Positions 1-9,369 of a DNA stretch of 64,000 nucleotides are shown piece after piece. The stretch covers positions 518,234-582,233 of the forward strand of contig JBAZZB010000001.1 of the NCBI GenBank assembly GCA_041659045.1, in the 5' to 3' direction. The notes under the pieces were generated by a model. That model worked only from the letters and a program-made list of their open reading frames with translations, was not told the origin of the DNA and made no database searches. The DNA comes from Patescibacteria group bacterium. Its GTDB lineage: Bacteria; Patescibacteriota; Patescibacteriia; SG8-24; DYFX01. Each line of letters opens with the position of its first letter. The stretch's first letter is position 1. Both the position numbers and the translations under genes were made by a program.

Positions 1-33
1 TCCACGCACCCTCAGTTCAAAGTAACTCTGGAA

Positions 34-58
34 CCGACCATCGTCGGTTTTTTCTTTT
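34..58 (+). terminator. Rho-independent terminator for an upstream plus-strand gene outside the window
   Basis: Hairpin CCGAC-catc-GTCGG (34-47) followed by TTTTTTCTTTT. Confidence 0.45.
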
Positions 59-60
59 GC

Positions 61-90
61 TAATAAAAAACTCATCCTTCATTGGATGAG
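61..90 (-). terminator. Rho-independent terminator of the 72..737 gene
   Basis: On the minus strand: CTCATCC-aatgaa-GGATGAG followed by TTTTTTATTA; the stop codon lies in the stem. Confidence 0.4.
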
Positions 91-737
91 TCGATCCCGT
101 CATCACAGTTGACTTCGATTATCGCGGGGTCGTTGCTGGCAAGCAGCCGAACGCGACGCTCACGATACCAAGGCCCGACAAGATCTACCGTGAGCACAAC
201 CAGCATCGCCCACAGGAAGTAAAAACCCAGGAGCCCGATGATGTTGAGCGGCTCTTCGTACGCTCCGCTCGCAATGAACATGAACACGAGCGAGAGAAGC
301 GCACTCACAGCGTAATCGACGGGAAAGAGACTGAACGGCCACCAGCGGCCGGCGTGCCATTCAATGTGCTCCTTCGAGAACTTTTTCACGCCGTACGCCG
401 GATTCAGAACGAACCACAGGAAATCCCAGGTCGGACAAATCAGGAAGAAGAACGCCAACGTCTGGCATTCGTTCAACCAGGTGAGCGGAGTGCCTTGCGC
501 ATAGCAAAGATGCAGCGCTAGGAACTGCAGCGAGAACATGCAGAGGTGGTAACCCGTCATCGGACGCCCGCCCATGAGAAGCAGCTGCGCGGCTCTGAAG
601 GCGCGTCCCCCGCGCGCACGGCGCCACGTTGGCAGGCTTGTCGCCCATCCATGCGACCCCTCGATGTTGACCTCAAGCGCGGCGGAAAGAAACGCCCAGG
701 CAAAGAAGACGACCGCTTCGGGAAGTGGAAAGAGCAT
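72..737 (-). CDS. Hypothetical polytopic integral membrane protein (222 aa)
   Basis: Hydrophobic Trp/Phe-rich helices. ATG at 735-737 is preceded by an AAGGAG RBS. The ORF-track N-terminal S/T-rich extension (to 1037) is judged non-coding. Confidence 0.6.
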   Translation of the reverse strand: MLFPLPEAVVFFAWAFLSAALEVNIEGSHGWATSLPTWRRARGGRAFRAAQLLLMGGRPMTGYHLCMFSLQFLALHLCYAQGTPLTWLNECQTLAFFFLICPTWDFLWFVLNPAYGVKKFSKEHIEWHAGRWWPFSLFPVDYAVSALLSLVFMFIASGAYEEPLNIIGLLGFYFLWAMLVVLTVDLVGPWYRERRVRLLASNDPAIIEVNCDDGIDSSNEG

Positions 738-831
738 TGAAAACTCCTTGGCTGACGACCAAACATTCTCGGAAAAATGCCTTTTTGTCAATAAGAAAAG
801 AGGTACGCGAGTGCGTACCTCTCTGAGTGAG

Positions 832-2529
832 CTAGCGGTTTTGGAACTTGGCGTTGAACCACAGGTCGACCTGTCTTGCCTTGTTCTCATCCCGCTTGGG
901 ATGTCTGAGAAAGAGCTGGCAGTCTGCCCATTCATCTGCGTGACCAAGCGAGTGCTCGGCCGCGCAGAGGCAGTAGAGGTGCTCGGCGTCGAGGTGTTCG
1001 GCGTCGAGAGGCTTGAGGATCTCGATGGCGAGACCAAGTTTCAGCTTCTCGTACGCTTCGCAACCCTCATCGGCCGTGTGCGCGACGAGCGGTGCCACGG
1101 CGGCATCAGGCGATACCGACGTCGCAAGCGCTACGCCCGCGCGTTCCTCTTGCGTGTCCCGAGGACCCGCGTTCCATGGCGTGCGTCCAGTGACGTACAT
1201 CCAGGTGAACACCGCGCATCCGATCGCCGTCGTGAACATGAGCACCGTCCAGAGCCAGCTGAGCTTGGGCGTCTTCGCAAGCGCGGGCGTTTCCACCGGA
1301 ATCGGTGGAGGGACGCTCGGCACGCGCGGACGTTTCGCAGCAGCCGGAATCGGAGGTGGCACGCTCGGCGAGCGAGGGCGTTGAGGCGGCGGGGGCGTCG
1401 GTCGCGGCTTCACGGTGGTCGTCGCAATGAGCTGGCTGAACGTCAGCCTGTGACGCCCTGAGTTGGGCGTGATCGTCCGCGGCAGCACCGGGAGCGTCGT
1501 CGCCTTGGGTGGCGGCAACTTCTTCGGCGTGTCGCTGACTTTCTTCGTGAGCCCAGCTCTCATGACTCCTTGCAGTCGCACGAGCGCGAGCCGCATCTCG
1601 CTGGCCGTGGCGTACCGACTCTCCGGATTCTTCGACGTCGCCTTGCGGACGAGGTCGGCCAATCCGAGAGGAACCGGTCCGTGCGGCGAAACGATCGGCG
1701 GCAACGGCGCGTTGCACTGCTTCTGGAGGATCTCCATCGTTTGCTGTTGGATCTCCATCGCTGGATTTCCGGTAAACGGCGGTTGTCCTGTCAGGAGCTG
1801 GAACAGCACGATGCCGAGTGCGTAGAGATCCGACCGCTTGTCGATCTTGCCCGCGACGAGGCCGGTCTGTTCAGGCGCCATGTAGTACGGCGAACCGGCA
1901 AGCATGCCTGCTTGGGTCAGTTCGTTCGACTGCATGGTGTCCTTCACGAGACCGAAGTCCAGAATCTTCACGTGACCGTCGGGGGTCAACATGAGGTTTT
2001 GCGGCTTCAAGTCGCGATGGATCATACCCGCGGCATGGATCGCTTCGAGTCCTTGCAGGATCTCGATCGCGAGCCGAACCACTTGCTCAGGAGGAAGAGC
2101 CTTGTCGCCGTCGATCAGCTCGCGAAAGGTGCGGCCTCGGAGATACTCCATGACGAGCAGGTGCTTGCCTGCCATCTCGGAGAACTCGTAGACCGTCACA
2201 ACATTCGGATGCGTGACCTTGGCGGCAGCGCGCGCTTCGACTCGGAACCGCCTGATCGCAGTGAGCTTCGCGGCGGGATCCGTGAGCGGGAGGTTGATCA
2301 GCTTGACTGCGACCTCGCGTCCTAGGTCCGGGTCCGTGGCAAGGTAGACGTCCCCCATGCCACCGGATCCGAGCTTTCGACCGATGAGGTACTTTCCGAT
2401 CTTGAGACCGGTCGTCGGCGTGCGTTCTTCGGGCTTCGGACGTCCGCGATGCCGGAGCTTTTCTCTCAGCGCGCGGTCCGTGTCTGACGGTGTTGCCAAG
2501 GGAGACCTCCTCTTGAGGTTCGGGTGCAA
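832..2529 (-). CDS. Hanks-type Ser/Thr protein kinase with Pro-rich linker, TM helix and small Cys-containing extracellular domain
   Basis: GxGxxG (LGSGGMGDV), VAVK, HRDLKPQN, DFG and APE motifs. Pro-rich segment, then a hydrophobic helix (LSWLWTVLMFTTAIGCAVFTWMYV), then a ~120-aa C-terminal domain with 4 Cys and no PASTA repeats. TTG start at 2527-2529 immediately after an in-frame TGA. Confidence 0.85.
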   Translation of the reverse strand: MHPNLKRRSPLATPSDTDRALREKLRHRGRPKPEERTPTTGLKIGKYLIGRKLGSGGMGDVYLATDPDLGREVAVKLINLPLTDPAAKLTAIRRFRVEARAAAKVTHPNVVTVYEFSEMAGKHLLVMEYLRGRTFRELIDGDKALPPEQVVRLAIEILQGLEAIHAAGMIHRDLKPQNLMLTPDGHVKILDFGLVKDTMQSNELTQAGMLAGSPYYMAPEQTGLVAGKIDKRSDLYALGIVLFQLLTGQPPFTGNPAMEIQQQTMEILQKQCNAPLPPIVSPHGPVPLGLADLVRKATSKNPESRYATASEMRLALVRLQGVMRAGLTKKVSDTPKKLPPPKATTLPVLPRTITPNSGRHRLTFSQLIATTTVKPRPTPPPPQRPRSPSVPPPIPAAAKRPRVPSVPPPIPVETPALAKTPKLSWLWTVLMFTTAIGCAVFTWMYVTGRTPWNAGPRDTQEERAGVALATSVSPDAAVAPLVAHTADEGCEAYEKLKLGLAIEILKPLDAEHLDAEHLYCLCAAEHSLGHADEWADCQLFLRHPKRDENKARQVDLWFNAKFQNR

Positions 2530-2584
2530 TAGTGACTGAACTGGTCAAAGGACATTCCAAAGGCGAATGCCTAGGAAACGGCTG

Positions 2585-2613
2585 ACTTTAGCCCAAAAAG
2601 CCGATATTGTCAA
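2585..2613 (-). promoter_or_regulatory. Sigma70-like promoter for the Ser/Thr kinase gene
   Basis: Minus-strand read TTGACA-N17-TAAAGT. Adjacent perfect palindrome GGGGTATCCCC (2614-2624) lies between the murF stop and the -35 element. Confidence 0.45.
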
Positions 2614-2633
2614 GGGGTATCCCCTTTTTTCGC

Positions 2634-3911
2634 TTAGTTCAGCCAATCCTTGGATTGCCGCACAAGGAGCTCCTCAGCTCGTTCCGGTTCCGCCATCATT
2701 TCTTTAACGATTTTCTCGGTGCGAATGCCTTGCGATCCTTTGATCAAAATCAAGTCTCCAGCATGCGCTCGCTCCTGCAAAAACTGACCCGCTTCTTGCG
2801 AATTTTTGAAGTGAAACACTCGTTCATCAGCCATTCCAGCCTCTCGCGCGCCGCGACAAAGAACGGCGGAGGAAGGCCCAACACCGATCAACCACTCGAT
2901 ACCAGAGTTTGCCGCCAATTGACCCACACGGTAGTGAGCGTCTTCCGTTAGCGCGCCAAGTTCAAGCATGTCGCCAAGCACGGCAACGCGACGACCGTTG
3001 GAACGAAGTGGCAGTCGTTGAAAAGTTTTGAGAGCGAGTTCGGCCGCGCGCGGTGAAGAGTTGTAGGTGTCGTCAATCAGCATCGTGTCCTTAATACCGG
3101 GCAAGACACGCAAGCGCCCCGGCGGAGGTTGATACTCGGCGAGACCGTACGGGATGACGGCCGGATCGACATGGAATGCGAGCGCGACCGAAGCGGCCGC
3201 AAGCGCGGCGTAAACGTTACCGTCACCGAGCGCGTTTGGAAGATTCACCGGATAACGATGTCCATCAACGACCAAATCAAAGCGCGTGAAGACAGTACCG
3301 AGCGCGAGTTCCGGTTCAACGCGTTCCGCTCGCACATTCGCCCCCTCGCCAAAACCGAAGACGACCGCTCGCGGCGCGTCGGATACCAACGCCGCCACGC
3401 GCGAGTCATCACCGTTCAACACGGCAGTTCCATGTTCACGTAGCGCGCGCACGATCATGCCCTCTTCTTTTGCCACACCATCAAGATCACCAAGAAATTC
3501 CGTATGCTCCTCGGCGATGGCGGTCAACACAGAAACGTCGGGCGGCGCAATCGAGGCGAGATACTCCAAGTCGCCGGGGTGATCGGTTGCCATCTCGAGC
3601 ACCAACACGTTGGGGTACGCCTGCGTCGGACCAAAGGCAAGACGAAAACCGCGCCACAGAATCGCTGCCCACGCGAACGGAGAACGTCCTCCAGACTTTG
3701 GCTCGCCAAGAATGGTAAGCGGCACGCCGATTTCGTTGTTGTGATTTTTCACGCTCCCCCGCGTTGAAAACGAACGCGCGAGCGTCGCCGTAACGGCACG
3801 CGTTGTCGATGTTTTTCCTACCGAGCCGGCAACGGCCACAATTTTCGGCGCGTACCGCGAAAGCGTCGTACGCGCCAAAAACGCGAGAACAGCTTGAAGA
3901 TGTTTGATCAT
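2634..3911 (-). CDS. murF: UDP-N-acetylmuramoyl-tripeptide--D-alanyl-D-alanine ligase MurF
   Basis: Mur ligase P-loop AVAGSVGKTSTT and MurF-like C-terminal domain. ATG at 3909-3911, 1 nt after the ftsI stop. The longer ORF-track start (4031) would overlap ftsI and is rejected. Confidence 0.85.
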   Translation of the reverse strand: MIKHLQAVLAFLARTTLSRYAPKIVAVAGSVGKTSTTRAVTATLARSFSTRGSVKNHNNEIGVPLTILGEPKSGGRSPFAWAAILWRGFRLAFGPTQAYPNVLVLEMATDHPGDLEYLASIAPPDVSVLTAIAEEHTEFLGDLDGVAKEEGMIVRALREHGTAVLNGDDSRVAALVSDAPRAVVFGFGEGANVRAERVEPELALGTVFTRFDLVVDGHRYPVNLPNALGDGNVYAALAAASVALAFHVDPAVIPYGLAEYQPPPGRLRVLPGIKDTMLIDDTYNSSPRAAELALKTFQRLPLRSNGRRVAVLGDMLELGALTEDAHYRVGQLAANSGIEWLIGVGPSSAVLCRGAREAGMADERVFHFKNSQEAGQFLQERAHAGDLILIKGSQGIRTEKIVKEMMAEPERAEELLVRQSKDWLN

Positions 3912-3912
3912 A

Positions 3913-5616
3913 TTATTTGCGCGTCGGCGGAACCTGATAATAATCCAGCAGATACTTGGCGATGTCGCCGAAGAGCGGGGCGGCGGTCGACTCAGCGAAC
4001 TGAACGCCTTCCGGACGATCGATACGCACAACCATCACGAACTTCGGGTCGTCGACCGGTCCGAATCCGGCGAACGAACCGATCGTCTGGCCGACTTCAT
4101 ACCCACCACCATCTGCACGCGGAATCTGGGCGGTGCCGGTTTTTCCGGCAATCCAATACCCAGGGACGCCGGCACGAGTACCATGCCCCTTCTCAACGAC
4201 GGCGACAAGCATGCCCGAGAGCAGCTCTGCCGCGCGCTTCGAGATGACACTTCGAACCGTTTTGGGCGCGCGTTTCTCGACGGTGCCGTCGCCATGACGC
4301 ACCTCGTCAACAATGTAGGGTTTCATGAGTGTGCCGTCGTTGGCGATCGCGCCATAGGCCGCGGCAAGCTGCAAAACCGTGACGGTAATACCTTGGCCGA
4401 ACGAACCTGTCGCCGACCAGATATCACCCTTGCGTGATAACGGCTCAATGTTACCGGCGCCTTCGGACTGCAGTTCAATACCCGCTTTCTGACCAAAGCC
4501 AAAATCGCGCACGTAGTTCAAGAATTTCTGCGGGCCGAGCGTGTGCACGACGTCGACCATGCCTGTGTTGAGTGATTCGGCCAACACGGTCGTCATATCG
4601 ACGCGACCGTGCGCCTTCAAATCGGAGTTTCGAATGGTAAAGGGTCCGATCTTGATTTCACCCGGGTCATCAAAAATCGTCGACGGCGTTACTTTTCCAG
4701 AATCAAGGCCGCCAGCCATCGTGATCGCCTTGAAGACAGAACCGGATTCGTACGGCTCAAAAATCGCCGTATTGTTGTAGACGTCGACGTTTTCAATTTT
4801 TCCGTATTCGTTAGGGTCAAAAGTCGGGGCATTGCACATGGCGATCACCCCACCCGTGCGAGGATCAAGAATAACGACACTGCCTTTCAGCGCGTTGAAT
4901 TTCTTCACCCATTCTTCCAGTTTTTTGCAGGCGACATATTGCACCGTGCGATCGATCGTCAGCACGAGATCATCGCCATCCTTCGCGGGCTGTAGCGTAC
5001 GATTACCGACCGCGATGACGCGGCCGCGCGAATCCTTTTCGGATTCAAGATACCCCTGCTCCCCCGCAAGCTCCTTGTCGAACCAACCCTCAATACCGTA
5101 ACGCCCACTCTTTCCTTTATCACTTTCGCCGACGAAACCAAGCATCTGCCCGCCCGTCACACCCTCGGGATAAAAACGAAAATCCTCTTTCGTGAAACCA
5201 ATGCCTTCAAGTTTTAGCGCTTCAATTTTTTCGCGCGTCTCATCGTTCAATTTGCGCGAGAGCACGCGATAGCGCTCCGTAGGACTAGAAATCTTCTCTT
5301 TGAGCTCCGAAGCCTCAATGCCCAAAATCGGCGCCAGCGCCTCAGCGGTATTGATCGGATTCTTGATACGGAACGGTTCCGCAAAAAGGAGATTTAATGT
5401 GCGATTGGTCGCAAGAAGAAACGTTTGATCGCCGGACTGTCGATCGCGGGCATACACCTTCCCGCGTTCTGGAAAGAGGTGTTGAAAAAGATCGTGCTGT
5501 CCCTCAGCCAACGCGACGTAAAAATCGTGCGAGAGCACTTGAATCCGGAAAAGCTGCCCGATGAGAAGCAGCCCAACGACAAAAAAACCGATACGAAGTA
5601 GCCGCAGCCGGCTCAT
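3913..5616 (-). CDS. ftsI: Class B penicillin-binding protein (FtsI/PBP2-type D,D-transpeptidase)
   Basis: N-terminal TM helix and dimerisation domain. Transpeptidase motifs SVFK (SxxK), SLN-like and KTGTA (KTG). Immediately upstream of murF, as in dcw clusters. Confidence 0.8.
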   Translation of the reverse strand: MSRLRLLRIGFFVVGLLLIGQLFRIQVLSHDFYVALAEGQHDLFQHLFPERGKVYARDRQSGDQTFLLATNRTLNLLFAEPFRIKNPINTAEALAPILGIEASELKEKISSPTERYRVLSRKLNDETREKIEALKLEGIGFTKEDFRFYPEGVTGGQMLGFVGESDKGKSGRYGIEGWFDKELAGEQGYLESEKDSRGRVIAVGNRTLQPAKDGDDLVLTIDRTVQYVACKKLEEWVKKFNALKGSVVILDPRTGGVIAMCNAPTFDPNEYGKIENVDVYNNTAIFEPYESGSVFKAITMAGGLDSGKVTPSTIFDDPGEIKIGPFTIRNSDLKAHGRVDMTTVLAESLNTGMVDVVHTLGPQKFLNYVRDFGFGQKAGIELQSEGAGNIEPLSRKGDIWSATGSFGQGITVTVLQLAAAYGAIANDGTLMKPYIVDEVRHGDGTVEKRAPKTVRSVISKRAAELLSGMLVAVVEKGHGTRAGVPGYWIAGKTGTAQIPRADGGGYEVGQTIGSFAGFGPVDDPKFVMVVRIDRPEGVQFAESTAAPLFGDIAKYLLDYYQVPPTRK

Positions 5617-6788
5617 AGACCAAAGCCGAACAAGGGGCCGGGACCGAGCGGGTTCATTCCCTTATCGACTTCAAGGCCGTCAGCATACCCATCAGCGTCC
5701 GTATCGGGATTCCAGGCATCAACGCCATAGAAAGCCTCCTGTGCGTCAGAGAGCCCATCATTGTCGGTATCCGTATTCTGCGCGGCAACACCCGGAAGAG
5801 TCGGCAACGGGGTTTTTTTCTCTTCTTCGGAAGCAACCTGTGCAAGCGCGCGCGACCCAGACAAGCTCAAACGTTTTTCAAAAAGCGGACCAAGCACCTT
5901 GTCGAGATCTTCCGCTTCCGGCGCGTCGACGCGAACAGGTTTCCCTTCATTTGAGAAGACGAGCGTACCAGCAGCAGCACCTCCCTTGCCGTCCTGACCG
6001 AGCGAAGTGCCAAGCGTGATCTGTTTTACCTTGTGTGTTCTCGCGTCGATCCAGATTTCACCGACCGGACGGTTCCACTGCATCAACTCACCCGTCACAG
6101 CCAACACATCGTCGGACGTGATCTCGCGGCCAAGACTCAATTCGCGACTCTTGAGCATCAAGGCCGAAACGACTTCCATATTCAACTCGACGGCGTAATG
6201 AAAAGATTTTGCGCCACCGATCGTTTCCTTAGGAAGTTTTTCGACAACGGTAAAAAGGTCGACCGACCGCGCGCTTTGTTTCATTGTCTCGATAGCAGAC
6301 GCATCCAACGCGGGGTCTGGCGCGCCTGATGCGAGCAAAAGATCGATGAACGGCTGTCCGGCTTTCATCCATTTGCCCACAATACGACTCGCGTCGAGTC
6401 CCTGGACGCCTTCCACGCGCTGGAGGCGTACATAGTGCGTACCATCTTTGCGTCGAGCTTCACCCACCAGCTTCGCTTGTCCGCCGGAAGAGAGCCCTTG
6501 AGACAGTTCGAACATCGAAACCGAAGCCTGGCGCGTCGGATCGGTGCGATCAATATCCATGCGCACCACTATGTCGACTCCAGTTGCGCCCGCGACAACG
6601 CCATTCTCAAGCTCCTTCGGCAACCCGATGACTGTGGCGTTCAGATCAAGATGAAATGTTTTTTCTGCCAAAATATTCTTCGTCGCTTGGCGCAGGACCG
6701 CTTGCGGGTCGGGTTCACGCAAGAAAAAGAAAGCCGTCGCGACGGCGACAAGTCCGAATACTCCGAGAATGATGGCGCGTTTAGACAT
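5613..6788 (-). CDS. Membrane-anchored secreted protein with C-terminal thrombospondin type-3-like Ca-binding repeats
   Basis: N-terminal signal/TM (AIILGVFGLVAVATAFFFL). C-terminal DTDNDGLSDAQE and DTDADGYADGLE (DxDxDGxxDxxE). 4-nt overlap with the ftsI start. Confidence 0.55.
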   Translation of the reverse strand: MSKRAIILGVFGLVAVATAFFFLREPDPQAVLRQATKNILAEKTFHLDLNATVIGLPKELENGVVAGATGVDIVVRMDIDRTDPTRQASVSMFELSQGLSSGGQAKLVGEARRKDGTHYVRLQRVEGVQGLDASRIVGKWMKAGQPFIDLLLASGAPDPALDASAIETMKQSARSVDLFTVVEKLPKETIGGAKSFHYAVELNMEVVSALMLKSRELSLGREITSDDVLAVTGELMQWNRPVGEIWIDARTHKVKQITLGTSLGQDGKGGAAAGTLVFSNEGKPVRVDAPEAEDLDKVLGPLFEKRLSLSGSRALAQVASEEEKKTPLPTLPGVAAQNTDTDNDGLSDAQEAFYGVDAWNPDTDADGYADGLEVDKGMNPLGPGPLFGFGL

Positions 6789-8046
6789 CTTCGAGATACT
6801 TCCGCCCCTTGAGCGAGGCTGGTAGATACTCTTGTTCGACGGGTTCTTTGAAATCCGGGTTGTACTTGTACCCTTTGCCGTAGCCGACGTTCTTCATGAG
6901 TTTCGTTGAAGCGTTTCGCAAATGCAGCGGCACGCCTTCGTTGGGAAACTCGTGAATGTCGGATTGCACTTTTTGGTATCCGGTATAGAGCGCGTTTGAT
7001 TTCGGTGCGCGGGCGCAGTAGGCCACGGCTTGCGCCAAAATGACGTTGCACTCCGGCATGCCGAGCTGGTGGCAGGCTTGATAGCTGGCCACGCACTGGA
7101 GCAGCGCGTTCGGATCGGCAAGCCCGATATCTTCCGAAGCGAAGCGTACGACACGCCGCGCGACGTAGAGCGGATCCTCCCCCGCCTCGAGCATGCGCCC
7201 GAGCCAGTAGAGCGCGGCGTCCGCGTCCGAGCCGCGCATCGACTTATGCAGCGCCGAGATGATGTTGTAATGCTCCTCCCCCTGACGGTCGTACAGGAGG
7301 TGGTTCTTTTGAAGCGTCTTGGCAAGCGCTTCCTTCTTCAAGAATACCACGTTTCCCGCGTCCGGCCGAACGCTGCGCAGGCCGAGTTCCAAGCCGTTCA
7401 AAGCGGAGCGCGCGTCGCCGTTCGCGATGCTTGCCAAATATTTCGTAGCCTCTTTGTCGAGTTTGATTTTGTGCGGATACACGCCGCGTTCCTGTACCAG
7501 CGAGAGTGCGCGCTTCAGCACCGCTTCAATCGCTTCGACCGTCAGTGCCTTGAGTACGAAGACCCGGGAACGCGACAAAAGAGCGCTGTTCACTTCAATC
7601 GAGGGATTCTCGGTTGTGGCACCGATCAAGGTGACCGTACCGTCTTCAACATGCGGCAAGAAAGCGTCTTGCTGTGCCTTGTTCCAACGATGGATTTCAT
7701 CAATAAAGACGATTGTCTTGTCGCCGTGGAGCAAGCGGCGTTCGCGTGCTTCTTCGACAGAGCGCTTCAGATCGGCGATGCCGGAGCTGGTCGCCGAGAG
7801 CGAAACAAAACGCGATTTCGTCATGCCGGCGATAATACGCGCGAGCGTCGTCTTGCCGACGCCGGGCGGGCCCCAAAAAATCATCGAAGGCACCGCGTCC
7901 AATTCCAAAAGCGTACGCAGCGGCGAATCTTCGCCCACGAGTTCTTCTTGCCCGATAAGATCATCAAGCGTCCGAGGCCGCATCAGCTCCGCCAGGGGTG
8001 CCTGTGACTCCTTGGTTTTCTCAGCTTTGAGGTCGAAGAGGTCCAT
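6781..8046 (-). CDS. rarA: Replication-associated recombination protein A (RarA/MgsA, AAA+ ATPase)
   Basis: Walker A GPPGVGKTT, Walker B IVFIDEIHR and MgsA C-terminal helical/tetramerisation domain. Full-length similarity to RarA. Confidence 0.9.
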   Translation of the reverse strand: MDLFDLKAEKTKESQAPLAELMRPRTLDDLIGQEELVGEDSPLRTLLELDAVPSMIFWGPPGVGKTTLARIIAGMTKSRFVSLSATSSGIADLKRSVEEARERRLLHGDKTIVFIDEIHRWNKAQQDAFLPHVEDGTVTLIGATTENPSIEVNSALLSRSRVFVLKALTVEAIEAVLKRALSLVQERGVYPHKIKLDKEATKYLASIANGDARSALNGLELGLRSVRPDAGNVVFLKKEALAKTLQKNHLLYDRQGEEHYNIISALHKSMRGSDADAALYWLGRMLEAGEDPLYVARRVVRFASEDIGLADPNALLQCVASYQACHQLGMPECNVILAQAVAYCARAPKSNALYTGYQKVQSDIHEFPNEGVPLHLRNASTKLMKNVGYGKGYKYNPDFKEPVEQEYLPASLKGRKYLEDV

Positions 8047-8052
8047 AGTCGC

Positions 8053-8083
8053 ATTCTACACGAACGGAAGACGAACGGGTCAA
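8053..8083 (-). promoter_or_regulatory. Sigma70-like promoter with extended -10, probably producing a leaderless rarA mRNA
   Basis: Minus-strand read TTGACC-N17-TGTAGAAT. Only 6 nt lie between the -10 element and the rarA ATG. No Shine-Dalgarno sequence. Confidence 0.5.
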
Positions 8084-8101
8084 GGAACCCAGCGAATACG
8101 T

Positions 8102-8128
8102 AAAACACTCGGCGTAACCGAGTGTTTT
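8102..8128. terminator. Bidirectional hairpin terminator between tRNA-Pro and rarA
   Basis: AAAACACTCGG-cgtaa-CCGAGTGTTTT: perfect 8-bp stem flanked by A/T tracts on both strands. Confidence 0.5.
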
Positions 8129-8131
8129 CCA

Positions 8132-8206
8132 TGGTCGGAATGACAGGGATTGAACCTGCGGCCTCTCGCACCCGAAGCGAGCGCTCTACCGCTGAGCTAC
8201 ATTCCG
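8132..8206 (-). tRNA. tRNA-Pro (anticodon CGG)
   Basis: Manual fold: acceptor CGGAATG/CATTCCG, D-arm GCTC..GAGC, anticodon stem CTCGC/GCGAG with loop TTCGGGT, T-arm GCAGG-TTCAATC-CCTGT. Encoded 3' ACCA. Confidence 0.85.
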
Positions 8207-8324
8207 ACGGGGTGGCTGAACGTGGGTATCCTACATGCCCCAGGCTCTTTTGGCAAGACTTCCGCGTTGACATTCCCCTCCTCTTCACCTACGCTGGCCG
8301 CACCCAACACCACGGAGGTGCGTC

Positions 8325-8711
8325 TTGTCCCAGAAAACGCTGAAAATCGTCTCGATCGTTCTCGGCATCGTTTCTCTCTATGCCCTGCAGACAGGCTACT
8401 TCCTGATCGGAGGCATCGCCTTGGCGGCCAACGGCGTACTCGTAGCGGTTTCGCCCCAGAAGGTCTGGATGCGTATCACGGGCGTCCTCGTGATGGTCTA
8501 CGGCCTCTACATCGTCGCGGCCGTTCTCGGACTGTTCGTCTCCGGACTCCTCGCCTTCATCGATCCGCAGATCGCGCTCTACGTCGGCTGCTTCCTCTTG
8601 GTCGTCGGCTTGCAGATCGTGCGCCGGGCACCGAAGCACCGCAAGATCGGACTGCTCATCATGGCCATCGGCGCGATCCTCGTCGCCTACGGCTACGGCT
8701 TCCTCGGCTGA
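8325..8711 (+). CDS. Small hypothetical membrane protein (4 predicted TM helices)
   Basis: Hydrophobic 128-aa ORF. GGAGGTG RBS 7 nt upstream of a TTG start. Confidence 0.5.
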   Translation: MSQKTLKIVSIVLGIVSLYALQTGYFLIGGIALAANGVLVAVSPQKVWMRITGVLVMVYGLYIVAAVLGLFVSGLLAFIDPQIALYVGCFLLVVGLQIVRRAPKHRKIGLLIMAIGAILVAYGYGFLG

Positions 8712-8748
8712 CCTCACGGTCAGTTTTTTTCTTTACCAAAGACGATGC

Positions 8749-9315
8749 CTAGAAAGGCATCGTCAGGTTGATCGGATTGGGTTTTGCCGTCGGGATGTTC
8801 CAACTCACTTTGACCGCTTTCTTCGTGGTCGCACGGTCGAAATAGAAGATCTCTCCGTGCGCGCGACCGTAGTCGTAGACTTCTTTCGTGACTTTCACGT
8901 CCTGAAGACAATAGTCTCGCAGCTTGTCGAATTCTCCCTTGCGAAAGTACTCGAGCGCTTGAAGGCCGCTCCCGCTCTTGCCGATACCGAGCGTTGCGTG
9001 CGCAACAGAGTCCAACTTCAATCGGAAACCAAGGTTGGCCGTAATAACCTCGAGCAGATCCAAGCTGGGGAACGTAAGGAAATCGCCGGGATAATAACTG
9101 TTCATCACCGGGTAATCGAACCCTTTCGTGTTGTAGCCGATGATACGATCGGCGCGCTCGAGTCGCGGCCACAAGTTCGGCAGCTCGTGTTCGAGGTAGC
9201 TCGCGTATTCGTCTGTTTCGTAGTAGTAGACGCCGATCAGCGTGATCTTCGGCATGACGCCGCCCACGCCAATCAAGCCATCGGTCTCAATATCAAGTAC
9301 GACTTCCTTGGACAT
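8749..9315 (-). CDS. DnaQ-like 3'-5' exonuclease (DEDDy type, RNase H-like fold)
   Basis: Exo I LDIETDGL, Exo II YNTKGFDYPVM and Exo III YCLQD (Y-x3-D) motifs. Resembles PolB/YprB-type stand-alone exonuclease domains. Confidence 0.65.
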   Translation of the reverse strand: MSKEVVLDIETDGLIGVGGVMPKITLIGVYYYETDEYASYLEHELPNLWPRLERADRIIGYNTKGFDYPVMNSYYPGDFLTFPSLDLLEVITANLGFRLKLDSVAHATLGIGKSGSGLQALEYFRKGEFDKLRDYCLQDVKVTKEVYDYGRAHGEIFYFDRATTKKAVKVSWNIPTAKPNPINLTMPF

Positions 9316-9369
9316 ACGGTACAGCCAGTCGGTGTGGATAATTCCAAAAGATGCGGACAGTATAGCAGA

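Noticed and set aside
72-1037. ORF-track 321-aa version of the first gene, with an S/T-rich N-terminal extension
   Set aside because: The extension is low-complexity and lacks a start context. An ATG with AAGGAG RBS at 737 begins the membrane-protein portion.
2634-4031. Longer murF start at 4031
   Set aside because: It would overlap ftsI by ~120 nt. The internal ATG at 3911 sits 1 nt after the ftsI stop and precedes the conserved MurF N-terminus.
8150-8752. 200-aa plus-strand ORF spanning tRNA-Pro and the small membrane protein gene
   Set aside because: It overlaps a tRNA and a better-supported gene (8325..8711, which has an RBS). Its composition is Arg/Pro-rich junk.
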